A stretch of DNA of 64,000 bases. Source: an uncultured Verrucomicrobiae bacterium. Its GTDB lineage: Bacteria; Verrucomicrobiota; Verrucomicrobiia; Chthoniobacterales; JAFAMB01. Position numbers and translations under genes: made by a program. A model generated the notes under the pieces. The model saw nothing but the letters and a program-made list of their open reading frames with translations. It was not told the origin of the DNA and searched no databases. The stretch's first letter is position 1, and the number at the start of each line of letters is the position of its first letter. Positions 20,128 through 30,609 of this stretch are shown in pieces. The stretch lies in contig CAVXLD010000013.1 of assembly GCA_963762565.1 (NCBI GenBank), forward strand, positions 32,001-96,000, in the 5' to 3' direction.

Positions 20128-21735
20128 ATGAACTCGTTTCCCGTATCTCACAAAGAACTGCATCGCTTTTCTCCCTCGCAAAACCCGGCTGAGGAGGCCC
20201 CTTTGGCGGGCCCGAAAGAAGAAGGGGGTTTGCTGCCGCACCCTGGGAGCACCCGAACGAACCCTAGCCGCTTAGGACTGGCTCAAAGAGGTGGCCTCGT
20301 GAGAAGAGGTTGGCTGAGTGTCTTTTCAATGCTCGCGATCGGCGGTGTCTGGCTGGCGCCACCATTGCGCGCCCAGTTTGCCTACGTGGCAAACGAGGGC
20401 GGCAACACCGTCTCGGCCTACAGCATCGGTGCCGGCGGGACCCTGACGCCGGTCCCAGGGTCGCCCTTCGCAACGGGGACCAAGCCCCTCGCAGTGGCCG
20501 TGGATCCAAAGGGCAAGTTCGCCTACGTGGCAAACTATGACGACAACACCGTCTCGGCCTACAGCATCGGTGCCACCGGCGCCCTGACGCCGGTCAAAAA
20601 TTCGCCCTTCACAGCGGGGACCCACCCCATCTCAGCGGCCGTGGATCCAAAGGGCAAGTTTGCCTACGTGGCAAACATTACCAACGACACCGTCTCGGCC
20701 TACAGCATCGGTGCTGACGGAGCCCTGACGCCGGTCCCGGGTTCGCCCTTTGGAGCGGGGGGCTCCCCCAACTCAGTGGTCGTGGATCCAACGGGTAAGT
20801 TCGCCTACGTGGCAAACGAGGGCGACAACACCGTTTCGGCCTACAACATCGGTGCCACCGGCGCCCTGACGCAGCTCTCAGGGTCGCCCTTCGCAGCGGG
20901 GAGCGGGCCCTACTCAGTTACCGTGGATCCAAAGGGTAAACTCGCCTACGTGGCAAACATCGGCGGCAACGTCTCGGCCTACAAAATCGGTGCTGACGGC
21001 GCCCTGACCCAGGTTACAGGTTCGCCCTTTGGAGCGGGGAACTTGCCCAAATCAGTGGCCGTGGATCCAACTGGCAAGTTCGCCTACGTGGCAAACTATG
21101 GCGGCGTCAACGTCTCGGCCTACAGCATCGGTGCTGACGGCGCCCTGACCCCGGTCCCGGGTTCGCCCTTTGGAGCGGGGAACTTGCCCAACTCGGTGGC
21201 CGTGGATCCAACTGGCAAGTTCGCCTACGTGGCAAACTATGACGACAACACCGTCTCGGCCTACAGCGTCGGTGCCAACGGAGCCTTGACGCAGCTCTCA
21301 GGGTCGCCCTTCGCAGCGGGCAGCGGGCCCTACTCAGTGGCTATTACGCCACTGGTGCCCTTCGCCTCGTCCTTGGCCAAGCTCGAAATCGAGTCAGAAC
21401 TTTCAACCTTCCATCTATCGGATTCCTTCACTCTGGGAGCGAATAGCAACGGAATTACTCCCACCACCCAAAAGCTGACCCTGCATATCGGCACCTACTC
21501 GGTAACGATTCCGTCTGGCTCATTCACAAAGACACCGACTGGAACCTTTATCTGCAAGAGGACCATCAACGGCGTAACCTTGAACCTAAAGATTGTGCCA
21601 CTTAGCGCCAACATGTTTACTTTCAATGTAAACGGTTCGGGTATTAATTTAGGCGGCCTTACCGACCCGGTCACCGTGGTTTTAACTATCGGGATTGATA
21701 GCGGCACTACCAAAGTGGCGCATTACACGCAATAA
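20128..21735 (+). CDS. Exported lactonase-like/YVTN-type 7-bladed beta-propeller with C-terminal beta-rich domain
   Basis: Seven ~47-aa repeats FAYVAN...VSAYSIG..GALT...GSPF..G..P.SVAVDP.GK after a signal-like segment; true start may be later. Confidence 0.88.
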   Translation: MNSFPVSHKELHRFSPSQNPAEEAPLAGPKEEGGLLPHPGSTRTNPSRLGLAQRGGLVRRGWLSVFSMLAIGGVWLAPPLRAQFAYVANEGGNTVSAYSIGAGGTLTPVPGSPFATGTKPLAVAVDPKGKFAYVANYDDNTVSAYSIGATGALTPVKNSPFTAGTHPISAAVDPKGKFAYVANITNDTVSAYSIGADGALTPVPGSPFGAGGSPNSVVVDPTGKFAYVANEGDNTVSAYNIGATGALTQLSGSPFAAGSGPYSVTVDPKGKLAYVANIGGNVSAYKIGADGALTQVTGSPFGAGNLPKSVAVDPTGKFAYVANYGGVNVSAYSIGADGALTPVPGSPFGAGNLPNSVAVDPTGKFAYVANYDDNTVSAYSVGANGALTQLSGSPFAAGSGPYSVAITPLVPFASSLAKLEIESELSTFHLSDSFTLGANSNGITPTTQKLTLHIGTYSVTIPSGSFTKTPTGTFICKRTINGVTLNLKIVPLSANMFTFNVNGSGINLGGLTDPVTVVLTIGIDSGTTKVAHYTQ

Positions 21736-21770
21736 TTGGGCATACGATTTGGTTGAGCGTCAAGCCGCGC

Positions 21771-22340
21771 TCACTTCACGACTTCGGGAACTTCCTTACC
21801 TTGATCAACGAAGATCAACGCGGCTGAATTCATGCAATAGCGTAACCCGGTCGGGGCTGGGCCATCGTCGAAAACGTGCCCGAGATGTGCGTCACAGCGC
21901 GCACACAGGATCTCGGTACGCTGCATCCCGAAACTGTCATCCTCCTTGGTCAGAACATTTTCTTTTGCAATCGGCTGGAAAAAGCTCGGCCATCCCGTTC
22001 CTGAATTAAACTTGGCTGAAGATGAAAAAAGCGGCAATTGGCAGCAAATGCAATGATAGATGCCTTCGCGGTGATTATCGAGGAGTGTGCCACAAAAGGC
22101 CGCTTCAGTGCCTTTGCCCCGCGCAATCGCATATTCCTCCGGAGTCAATTGCTGCCGCCATTCCGCATCGGTCTTGATGACTTTCGGAACGGAAACTGGC
22201 CCTCTGAGAGCGCCATCAGGTCCGATGAGACGGACCGTGACCATTTTGTTCGAGGCAGAATTTTCTGCTCTGACCGTCGGCAAAAGGCACGCGCCGGCGA
22301 AACCACCCAAAGCGAGACAGAATGATCTTCGAGATTTCAT
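21771..22340 (-). CDS. msrB: Peptide-methionine (R)-S-oxide reductase with Tat signal
   Basis: [34 protein letters not shown]-terminus MKSRRSFCL; start ATG 22340. Confidence 0.93.
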   Translation of the reverse strand: MKSRRSFCLALGGFAGACLLPTVRAENSASNKMVTVRLIGPDGALRGPVSVPKVIKTDAEWRQQLTPEEYAIARGKGTEAAFCGTLLDNHREGIYHCICCQLPLFSSSAKFNSGTGWPSFFQPIAKENVLTKEDDSFGMQRTEILCARCDAHLGHVFDDGPAPTGLRYCMNSAALIFVDQGKEVPEVVK

Positions 22341-22438
22341 AGTCCAAAAAGTCGGAGGCAGCTTACTACTTACCCTCGCGTGTGATCTTCCGCGCCTGAA
22401 TTTTATTCCCGAGATGGCGTACAAATGGCCCTTCGTGG

Positions 22439-22506
22439 CACAGTACTCCAACACTCCAACCCGCAACGCTTCGCGTAGCGATGCGGGCGCGGCCATCACT
22501 CCGCGT
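22439..22506 (+). repeat. Dispersed repeat family E (5' part)
   Basis: CAGTACTCCAACACTCCA...GCGATGCGGGCG...CACTCCGCG. Confidence 0.6.
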
Positions 22507-22524
22507 GGTTGATGCATTCGCGGT

Positions 22525-23466
22525 TCACTTTAAGTACAAGGTGCGCCCGCCGATATCGAGGATTGCCTGGTGATCCCAAAGAAGGTCTTCTCCAATAATT
22601 CCCCCAAAAGGATGACTGAAGCCAAGATGGGAGACAGTGAGATTAGCGCCAGCGAGATCAGCGAATTGTGCGAATTTCCTACTAACATCCAGAGTTCCCA
22701 GTTTGAAATTTCGCAGGTCTCCAGTCGCCACCAGGCGCTGTTTATCGACCAATCCAAAATAGAGCATACCGCTAAGCCGGACCGGAATCTGATTTGCCTG
22801 CCCGACCTTCCAGTCGAACACCGATCGGCGCGAGCCGGTATCGAGCAGGAAACTGTAAAGTTGCGAGCCGATTAACCCGGACACCTCGATCCGTCCCGTG
22901 GTGGTAACTTGGATAGGCACCGTAGTAAAGCCTTCGACTGGGGTCGCTCCGGACAATCCGTTGCCAGCGGTGAGGAACAGGCGTTGGGCCGAAAAGTTGA
23001 ACCGTGCCCGATGTTGCACAAGGAAATTGAGTCCCAGGAGACCGCCGGTTTGAAACGGCTGCGCGAAACCAACTCGCGAGTTACGATTGGCATCGAGAGC
23101 GCCGAGCGAAGGATATTCGATGAAATCAAAAGGCCCCACGGATTGGCTGGCAATATTTATTCCGACGCTCCTGAGAACCGAGTGGGTTTTTCTGCCCATC
23201 GTGGCGCTTTGCTCTTTAATACCCGGATTAGAATGAGTGAGTTGTTTAGCTTGTTCCGCGTTGACCAGGGACAAAGGAGAACCCGTATCGACCAGCCACC
23301 AACTCGGTTGTGCCTGACCTTGCAGCGCTGCTTGGACGTAAAGACGGCCATGCAAGACCGTTAACGGACATTGGACCGTACCTGGTAAGCCCGCGCCCTC
23401 AGCGAGCCTCCAAGAAAACAATTCCAGGGCGAGAATTGTGCTGACGAGAATCGAGGCAGCTTTCAT
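22525..23466 (-). CDS. Exported retropepsin-like aspartyl protease with two domains
   Basis: LVDTGS and LLDTGS motifs, each followed by GLLG/GIIG; signal peptide. Confidence 0.85.
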   Translation of the reverse strand: MKAASILVSTILALELFSWRLAEGAGLPGTVQCPLTVLHGRLYVQAALQGQAQPSWWLVDTGSPLSLVNAEQAKQLTHSNPGIKEQSATMGRKTHSVLRSVGINIASQSVGPFDFIEYPSLGALDANRNSRVGFAQPFQTGGLLGLNFLVQHRARFNFSAQRLFLTAGNGLSGATPVEGFTTVPIQVTTTGRIEVSGLIGSQLYSFLLDTGSRRSVFDWKVGQANQIPVRLSGMLYFGLVDKQRLVATGDLRNFKLGTLDVSRKFAQFADLAGANLTVSHLGFSHPFGGIIGEDLLWDHQAILDIGGRTLYLK

Positions 23467-23494
23467 ACCGCAGAGTGGTGAAAGTGAATACCTG

Positions 23495-23905
23495 CTATCT
23501 CAGTCCTGCCCATCCCGGTCCACCCCATCCGTTCCACGTGCCCCAATCCGATTCTTCGCCGAACCCGGCGGCTTCAAGACTTTCGTTTCTAAATTGAATC
23601 GCTGTACGAATCTGCTTGTAAGCTTGATACTGAGTTGGACCACCTACATAGGCCCGATTGTTAGCTACGTCCGGGAAAACGTAGTAGGTCTTCCCGTCTT
23701 TCTGGACCAACGTCAATCTATCAGATGGAAGTGCTCTAAGTCTTTGTTGCTGCGCGGCAGTACGGGGGACGATCACTTTGAAGCCTGCGGCGATTAGAAA
23801 CTTCTCTTTGTTCTGCGTCTCCCTCTGCGTCAGGGTGCAGCTAACTGCCAGTACCAAAAGCGCGATGGCGCCGATGAGATTGAATCCGGTGAATATAGGT
23901 TTCAT
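23495..23905 (-). CDS. Hypothetical lipoprotein
   Basis: Lipobox LAVSC, LIAAGF segment, Trp/Gly-rich tail. Confidence 0.75.
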   Translation of the reverse strand: MKPIFTGFNLIGAIALLVLAVSCTLTQRETQNKEKFLIAAGFKVIVPRTAAQQQRLRALPSDRLTLVQKDGKTYYVFPDVANNRAYVGGPTQYQAYKQIRTAIQFRNESLEAAGFGEESDWGTWNGWGGPGWAGLR

Positions 23906-24019
23906 GCTTTCCCCTGTCGGATATTCGAGGAAATCTTTGAAAATGCCAGTGGAACGCTACGGCCAACGCCAGTATCGTCGAACGAACCGAAAATATCCCG
24001 AGTATAGGGGTTCAGCACA

Positions 24020-24307
24020 ATGGCCGACTATCTTTACATGGTTGATCTCAGCGCAAGCGAAGAAACTGCGAGTAATCCTAAGTATGTAGACCGGCTTCTG
24101 GTCCAGTTAATGTGTGACGAGCACAAAAAGAGTAGCTCACCCGAAACCGATCGCGAAGCTTCAGCCTGCGAACTAGCGCTTAGCCGGTATGACCCGGAAA
24201 CTACACTCATCCAATACAGGCGGGCAAAGCGCTACGACGGTACTTTGCCGTCCGCCCTTGGGCACCCATATATCGAGCCTTGCGGGTGCAAAGTTTGGCG
24301 ATTGTGA
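24020..24307 (+). CDS. Hypothetical protein
   Basis: 95-aa ORF with ATG; no motif recognised. Confidence 0.4.
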   Translation: MADYLYMVDLSASEETASNPKYVDRLLVQLMCDEHKKSSSPETDREASACELALSRYDPETTLIQYRRAKRYDGTLPSALGHPYIEPCGCKVWRL

Positions 24308-24685
24308 ATTAGACGCAGCGAGGCACGTTCGAAAATCTCGCCGCCTTGCCCCACGCGAAAGTCGTAGCTAAAAACGAAACCAATTTGACCGAGGTCGGAA
24401 GAGTAATTGCCGCGCGGCTTTGCTTTCAAAGACCAGTATTTTCCCGATAAGCGAACCTTTGTTTCGCGCATTAAAGGGCAGCGACCACTCGTAAGAAAAG
24501 GTCACTCTGGCAGATGGAGATTTCGTACGGCGGATTATCGAAACGAGGCAGTGCCTGATGTCTCAAAAAAGATCCGCTCAAGCCTCAAGGCGCGAAGAGT
24601 TGTCGGGAGAGAGAGGCGGGCATAAAACTGGGCCAGCCTAAAACCGCTCGGCTTCTCTCAGCAAAAACGCTAAGGACATGGCGTT

Positions 24686-24720
24686 AGCCCAGCGAGTGTG
24701 GGTTCGCTGGGCTCTTTGCT
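24686..24720 (+). terminator. GC hairpin, possible intrinsic terminator
   Basis: AGCCCAGCGA/TCGCTGGGCT 10-bp stem followed by CTTTGCT. Confidence 0.35.
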
Positions 24721-24974
24721 TCCGGCGGAGTCCATCAAAACTTCGATCATCGCCCTGTTCCTAATTTTATTTGCTAAAATACATCCGGGTCACAAACGGA
24801 TCGAGATTCACCGCTCGAGAACGGTTAGGGAATAGTTCCAGAAAAGATTCGACTTCCTTGGGAGCATCCCCCTGCAGCCAGAAAAAATTGAGGTTGGCGA
24901 TCTTCGCTGCCGGTTGAAGCTCGTTGCACGAACAACCCGCGCGCGAAGCTCAACCGGGCGCGGCGACCGAATTC

Positions 24975-25415
24975 TTACGGCGTAGCCGTCGGGTTGGGAG
25001 TGGTTGCCGGATTTACTTCGGGGCTCGGGCTGGGAGAAGGTCGGGTAGCCGGATTGACCTCCGGGCTTGAAGACGGTTCCGGTGTCGGGCTTTCTTTATT
25101 TACTGGTGATTCCTTTGCAGTAGGCGAGGTGTGGGTAGTCCTATGCCGCGGATGTGACGGAGTTGCTCCGGCATTTCGGATGGTGTTCCCGGCTTTTTGG
25201 ATACCCTTGCCGACGGTCCGTTCCGTTGCTTTTGCTCCTTTCACGATCACGCTTCCGGTGGCCTTCGCGTCGTGTTTAATGGTTTGACCTGTCTCTTCGG
25301 CGGTTTTTTTGGTCGTATTTGCCGCTTTTTCGGCCGGTCCTTGTTCTTCATCCGCTGTTACCAACGCAAACGGGACCAGTGCTGTGATCGCCAGAATCGC
25401 ACCAAGCTTCTTCAT
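24975..25415 (-). CDS. Exported low-complexity protein with Pro/Ser/Thr-rich tail
   Basis: Signal peptide MKKLGAILAITALVPFALVTA; repeated SPEVNPAT. Confidence 0.75.
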   Translation of the reverse strand: MKKLGAILAITALVPFALVTADEEQGPAEKAANTTKKTAEETGQTIKHDAKATGSVIVKGAKATERTVGKGIQKAGNTIRNAGATPSHPRHRTTHTSPTAKESPVNKESPTPEPSSSPEVNPATRPSPSPSPEVNPATTPNPTATP

Positions 25416-25650
25416 ATTCGAGTCCTTACGCTAAAGATTCGAAGAAGGATTCGAAGTTGGATGTGTTAGGGATTTCAAAGAGGCACAGATAAATGTTTCC
25501 ACTGCCTACCGCGAGAGCAACTTTGAATCAGCCATCATTCCGCCAGCCGTTACTCCGTGGAGCTTATCTGCCACGAATTCGTTTCAACAAGATTAAGGAC
25601 AAGGTGTGAGCGAAATACGAACGTGATTAAATAAGGCCCGCTTATCTCTT

Positions 25651-25944
25651 ATGAGTATGGATGTCAGCCCCGTGGCTATCGTCGAAGACTGTCAGTTGGA
25701 TGCTTTTGGCAAAGTCACTCGAGATATTCAAGTCACCCTCTACAACGTCGAAGCGCGAATGCTGGTTCCCGCAGACGCGTACTCGGAAGGAATGTATTTG
25801 ATAAGGATTATTGAACCCGAAGGGATGGGACACTTGATGCCGGAGCGTGGAACCCCCATGGAGAACGGAAAATTTTCTTTCACCTCGACGGAAGAGGTGC
25901 CGAAAGGCACCCAGCTAGAATTAGAGATCACTCCGGTGGGCTAA
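25651..25944 (+). CDS. Hypothetical protein
   Basis: 97-aa ORF with beta-rich composition. Confidence 0.55.
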   Translation: MSMDVSPVAIVEDCQLDAFGKVTRDIQVTLYNVEARMLVPADAYSEGMYLIRIIEPEGMGHLMPERGTPMENGKFSFTSTEEVPKGTQLELEITPVG

Positions 25945-26044
25945 GTGCCGAACCCGCGCCCTCGAAGGTACGGAAAACGTTTACAGTAGTTTGACAATAT
26001 TTATTCTCGCATGCCGATTTCTGCTCAATCAGCCAGCTCCAAGA

Positions 26045-26380
26045 ATGTCTGACATTCCAATACCGAATCTTAGCAGTGGGGGGAACGCCGAAGGATTACT
26101 ACGCAGTCTTAGGTGGGCATACGAGGGTTTCCAAAAGGCTTTACCCAGCAATCGAAGGGCGGTAATTCGCGTTTCTTCTAACGGCCAAACCATTCGGGTG
26201 GACGGTGCTAAATGGATAAATCCTGCGACAATTATTTTTCTTCAACATCCGCAAAGCGAAGGCGAGGCACTCAAGGTTATGGTCCAGCACGTTTCCCAGC
26301 TAAACGTTTTCTTAGACTCTGAAGAGATCGTTAAAACTGAACAACCGAGACCGCCTATTGGTTTCGGGCCAGCAGAATAG
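26045..26380 (+). CDS. Hypothetical protein
   Basis: ORF ending RPPIGF; likely start ATG 26045. Confidence 0.55.
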   Translation: MSDIPIPNLSSGGNAEGLLRSLRWAYEGFQKALPSNRRAVIRVSSNGQTIRVDGAKWINPATIIFLQHPQSEGEALKVMVQHVSQLNVFLDSEEIVKTEQPRPPIGFGPAE

Positions 26381-26564
26381 GCTGGGGAGTTTGCGACCTT
26401 CCACCGAGCAGGATCAGCCCTAGCGAGCGCGGTAATCTTCTGAACAGGCCGCTCCTAAGTCGACGATTTACAGCACTATCCCAGGTCAGCCTTAATCTAA
26501 TACGTGTTTCCACGTATCGGCCTGCGGGCCCAACTGCTGAGCGTGGCGCCTTTCCCTCGCTAAT

Positions 26565-27962
26565 TCAGCCTGTTGTGGCGGCCATGGCCGTCGGCGTATT
26601 TGCTGGTTGAGACTCAACGGCGGGCTTAGGGTCTGCGACCGCGCCGATTAAAGACCCTTGTTTGAACCGATTGAGATAGTCCAGCAAATGTTCTTGGACA
26701 TGCGACTTAATCTGGAACGCGATGTCAGGATTCGGAGCACCCACGGTGATGCGAACAACCATGGAGGATTCACCTAACTCACTGATCATCACTTCCCATT
26801 TGCCGCCCTGCCAAAGCGGGTCCGCCTGGAGAATGGCATCGACCTGTCGACGGATGGAGGGAAGTGATGCGTCCAAGGCCAGGACTAGCGAGAACGAAGT
26901 CATTGATTCAGCCGATGTCCGCGTCCAATTGGTGAACGGCCTTTCCAGGAAATAGGTCACAGGCAAAATCAAGCGGCGGAGATCTCTTAAGCGAACGGAA
27001 ACAAAACTGAAAGTGATTTCCTCTATCGTACCGACAACATTCTCAACTTCCACGACGTCACCCAGCGCGATCGGCTGAGTGATTGCCAGTTGCAGACCGG
27101 CAAACACGTTCTGCAAGGTTCGCTGAGCCGCAATTCCGGCCACTAACCCGACGATTCCAGCCGAGGTTAGCAGGCTGGCGCCGAAGCTGCGGACTTGATC
27201 AAAAACCATGAAAGCCGCGCCGACAGTCGCTAAGATCACCAGCACATTTAATATTCGGTGCAAAACCGAATATTGGGTTTGAGCGGCTCGAATTTGGCGT
27301 TCTTCGCCATCATATTTTAGCTTCGCGCGATTTGCGATCTTTGCTTCGATCAAGCCCAAGATTCTTAAGGTGTTAATCCCGACCATGATGATAACGAGGA
27401 CCACGGTAAGGCGTTCAATGACCTCTTGAATATCACCGGGGAGCCCCAGCATTGGGATTACCAGAAAGACAAATAAGAGCGGTAACACCGCCTGCAGCGC
27501 CTGGGCGCCGGTCAGCAGCAGAATCGCGTGCGAGTGTTCGAGATCTTTCAGGGCCTCCTCTCGCAGTCTTCGGCTGTGGAGCCGGCCAAACGTAGTAACC
27601 AGATTGATCAAAATGCCGATCGCCAGCACAACCGGCAATCTCCACTCCCATCCCGGCCGGCTGAACCAATTCGCAAAAGTCGAGCGAAGCCCGAGGTCGT
27701 AAAGCAGAATGAGATAGATGCCGATGATCGCCGTAACCGGGATCAGACGCGAAACCGCTAATTGAATCGCTAGTCGCACCGCCACCCAGCCGCGAGGCGG
27801 CGCTTCATACTCTCCTTTGACCGCCAACTGAGTCGGACAATGGATATGACATTGAACCAGCGAGCGCGCCAGATAACGATGCGTCTGTCGTAAACCGAAC
27901 AGCACCAAAAAGAGAACCAGGAGATGACTGAGTGTGACCATCAAAATATGGCAAATGGACAA
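26565..27962 (-). CDS. Small-conductance mechanosensitive channel (MscS family)
   Basis: GIAAQRTLQNVFAGLQLAITQPIALGDVV, GTIEEIT, PFTNWT. Confidence 0.9.
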   Translation of the reverse strand: MSICHILMVTLSHLLVLFLVLFGLRQTHRYLARSLVQCHIHCPTQLAVKGEYEAPPRGWVAVRLAIQLAVSRLIPVTAIIGIYLILLYDLGLRSTFANWFSRPGWEWRLPVVLAIGILINLVTTFGRLHSRRLREEALKDLEHSHAILLLTGAQALQAVLPLLFVFLVIPMLGLPGDIQEVIERLTVVLVIIMVGINTLRILGLIEAKIANRAKLKYDGEERQIRAAQTQYSVLHRILNVLVILATVGAAFMVFDQVRSFGASLLTSAGIVGLVAGIAAQRTLQNVFAGLQLAITQPIALGDVVEVENVVGTIEEITFSFVSVRLRDLRRLILPVTYFLERPFTNWTRTSAESMTSFSLVLALDASLPSIRRQVDAILQADPLWQGGKWEVMISELGESSMVVRITVGAPNPDIAFQIKSHVQEHLLDYLNRFKQGSLIGAVADPKPAVESQPANTPTAMAATTG

Positions 27963-28347
27963 CCATTCCGCGCGGCTGCAAGCGGAAGCTTCGGATCTTC
28001 GGTGCGCTTCGAGTCTTGCGTATCGGCGTCCCGTAGGGACATATATTTTCCCTTTGAGAGCTAGGCAAACGGATAAATTCCTGAGCTAAAGGAAAAATGG
28101 GGTGATCGAGGTGTTTGCAGCAGCTGAACCTGAGGGTTCCTCAATGGCAACTTTCCGCTCAATGCTGCTCTGGAATTGCCATATTTTTTGAAATCCCCAT
28201 ATTCAAAAGCCATGGCAGCTCTTCTAAAACAATATAGCGGAAGTTCAAAGATCTGAACGAGCCTCCCGCGATAACCAAAGATAGTTCCCGCGTGCTCGTT
28301 TCGTACTTGAGCTAAGACGGGACGCTCCCCAGAGCGCGATAGCACAC

Positions 28348-29763
28348 ATGGCCACACTTCTTGCCAAGAACGCCGAAATCCTGGTGACCATGGACGGCCA
28401 ACGCCGGGAATTGAAGAACGCTGGGGTTTACGTCGAAGACGGTTTCATCAAGCAGGTCGGTCGGAACGAAGAGCTTCCTGGCACGGCCGAAATGGTGCTC
28501 GATCTTTCCGGGCAGATCGTTCTCCCAGGATTCGTCAATGCCCATCATCACCTGAATCAGACTCTCACGCGTAACCTGGTCGCTGCGCAGAACAACAATC
28601 TTTTCCCTTGGCTCCAGGCGCAATATCGGATTTGGGCCCGCACGACAGAGGAGGCCTCGCGCGCTAGTACGTTGATTGGACTGGCTGAACTCGCACTTTC
28701 CGGCTGTACGACGGTCTTCGATCACACTTATGTGTTCAAAAACGGGAACAACGTGGATTGCCAAATCCAGGCCGCGAAGGATCTCGGTGTACGTTTCCAC
28801 GCCAGCCGGGGCTCGATGTCCCTTGGCCAATCCCAAGGCGGGTTGCCACCGGATGATTGCGTAGAGGACGAGGGGTTTATCCTCAAGGACAGCCAGCGTG
28901 TCATCCAAGCTTATCATGACGCGTCCCCGGGTTCCATGACGCAGGTCGCGCTGGCGCCGTGCTCACCGTTTTCGGTTACCATCTCGCTACTGCGCGACTC
29001 CGCGGCGCTCGCTCGCCAATACAAAGTCAGACTCCACACTCACCTTTGCGAGACCCGCGACGAGGAACGCTACACACTCGAACGTCACCAGCTTCGTCCC
29101 GTGGATTGGATGGAGACGCATGGCTGGCTGGGTGACGACGTGTGGTTCGCCCATGCGATCCATGTCGATGACGATGAAATCAGGAAGTTCGCTCAGACCG
29201 GTTGTGGCGCGGCGCATTGTCCCTGCTCGAATATGCGTCTTGGATCCGGCATCGCGCCCATCAAGAAATATATGGCAGCCGGCGTGAAGGTCGGTATTGG
29301 CGTGGACGGATCGGCCAGCAACGACGCTTCGAACATGCTATTGGAAGCTCGCCAAGCGATGTTGCTAGCCCGGCTGCAAATCGGCCTGCTTCCACCGGAT
29401 GGTCCGCGCAAATATTTTCTGCTCTCGCAATCTCATCCGGTCCGGGCCAACGAATGGATGACGGCGCGCGAGGCGCTAGAGCTGGCCACGTTGGGTGGCG
29501 CCAGCGTGCTTGGACGCTCCGATATCGGTTCGCTCGAGCCGGGTAAATGCGCCGACTTTTTCTCACTGGATCTGCACAGCATCGGGTACGCCGGCGCGCT
29601 GCACGATCCGGTCGCTGCCACCCTTTTCTGCGCCCCGCAAAGCGCCAAATTTACCGTCGTTAACGGCAAGGTCATCGTGCGAGACGGTGAAGTTGTCACG
29701 ATGGACATGAAACCGGTTATCGAAACTCACAACCGCTGCGCCGCCGAAATGGCCAATGCCTAA
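28348..29763 (+). CDS. Amidohydrolase-family deaminase (8-oxoguanine/isoxanthopterin deaminase-like)
   Basis: PGFVNAHHH, APCSPFSV, HTHLCE, WFAH, HCPCSNMRLGSG, GVDGSASND. Confidence 0.9.
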   Translation: MATLLAKNAEILVTMDGQRRELKNAGVYVEDGFIKQVGRNEELPGTAEMVLDLSGQIVLPGFVNAHHHLNQTLTRNLVAAQNNNLFPWLQAQYRIWARTTEEASRASTLIGLAELALSGCTTVFDHTYVFKNGNNVDCQIQAAKDLGVRFHASRGSMSLGQSQGGLPPDDCVEDEGFILKDSQRVIQAYHDASPGSMTQVALAPCSPFSVTISLLRDSAALARQYKVRLHTHLCETRDEERYTLERHQLRPVDWMETHGWLGDDVWFAHAIHVDDDEIRKFAQTGCGAAHCPCSNMRLGSGIAPIKKYMAAGVKVGIGVDGSASNDASNMLLEARQAMLLARLQIGLLPPDGPRKYFLLSQSHPVRANEWMTAREALELATLGGASVLGRSDIGSLEPGKCADFFSLDLHSIGYAGALHDPVAATLFCAPQSAKFTVVNGKVIVRDGEVVTMDMKPVIETHNRCAAEMANA

Positions 29764-29781
29764 ATTTACACGCCTTTATTT

Positions 29782-30600
29782 ATGGACCTAAACACCATCA
29801 CCGAAGTCCTGCGGCCCGCCGATGCGAACGCCGTGAAAAAATGGGAAAGCGGGTATGCCTGGCTGGCTGGCGGGACCTGGCTATTCTCGGAGCCGCAAGT
29901 TGCGACCCACACGCTCATCGACCTGGAATCATTGAATTGGCCCTCTCTGACCTCCTCGCCAGAGGGACTGGAGATCGCCGCGACTTGCCGGGTAGTAGAA
30001 CTCGATCACTTCAAGGCTCCGCCCGATTGGAAGGCAGCACCGCTTTTCCCGCAATGCTGCCGGGCGTTTCTTGCTTCTTTCAAGATCTGGAATGAAGCGA
30101 CCGTCGGCGGAAACATCGTCATGTCTCTGCCGGCCGGACCGATGATTTCTCTTGCGGCGGCGCTGGAAGGTATCTGCACGCTCTGGCCGCGCAATGGGGC
30201 GCCCCGCAAAGTGCCGGTGGTCGACTTTGTTACCGGGGATCATGCAAATGTGCTCGCGCCGGGCGAACTATTGCGTTCGATCTTTCTGCCCGCCTCGGCG
30301 CTGAAGAAAAGCTATGCATTCCGCCGCTTCACTCTGACTCATTTAGGACGTTCGGAGACTTTGCTGATCGGCACCCTCTGCCCGGAAAGCGGAGAATTTC
30401 TTTTGACCGTCACCGCCTCCACACTGCGACCTGTGCAGCTGCACTTTGAGAACGTGCCGTCCGCCGAAACGTTGGAGAACGCCTTAGACGACGCGGCGCC
30501 TTTTGACCTCTACCTCGACGACGCCCATGGCTCGCCCCGTCATCGCCAACATCTCACCTACTATTTTGCCGAACAGATTCGGCAACAACTTTCTAACTGA
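29782..30600 (+). CDS. Xanthine-dehydrogenase-family FAD-binding subunit
   Basis: LAGGTWL, ATVGGNI, L.PGELL. Confidence 0.88.
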   Translation: MDLNTITEVLRPADANAVKKWESGYAWLAGGTWLFSEPQVATHTLIDLESLNWPSLTSSPEGLEIAATCRVVELDHFKAPPDWKAAPLFPQCCRAFLASFKIWNEATVGGNIVMSLPAGPMISLAAALEGICTLWPRNGAPRKVPVVDFVTGDHANVLAPGELLRSIFLPASALKKSYAFRRFTLTHLGRSETLLIGTLCPESGEFLLTVTASTLRPVQLHFENVPSAETLENALDDAAPFDLYLDDAHGSPRHRQHLTYYFAEQIRQQLSN

Positions 30601-30609
30601 AGCATTTTT

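Noticed and set aside
20377..21345. Diversity-generating retroelement target or CRISPR array
   Set aside because: The repeats are in-frame coding blades; I saw no reverse transcriptase, no template repeat and no adenine-specific pattern.
22341..22517. ORF-track N-terminal extension of MsrB
   Set aside because: It runs through repeat family E; a better start with a Tat signal lies at 22340.
27963..28347. Purine/xanthine or guanidine riboswitch upstream of the deaminase operon
   Set aside because: I could not match a consensus by eye; an Rfam/Infernal scan would be needed.
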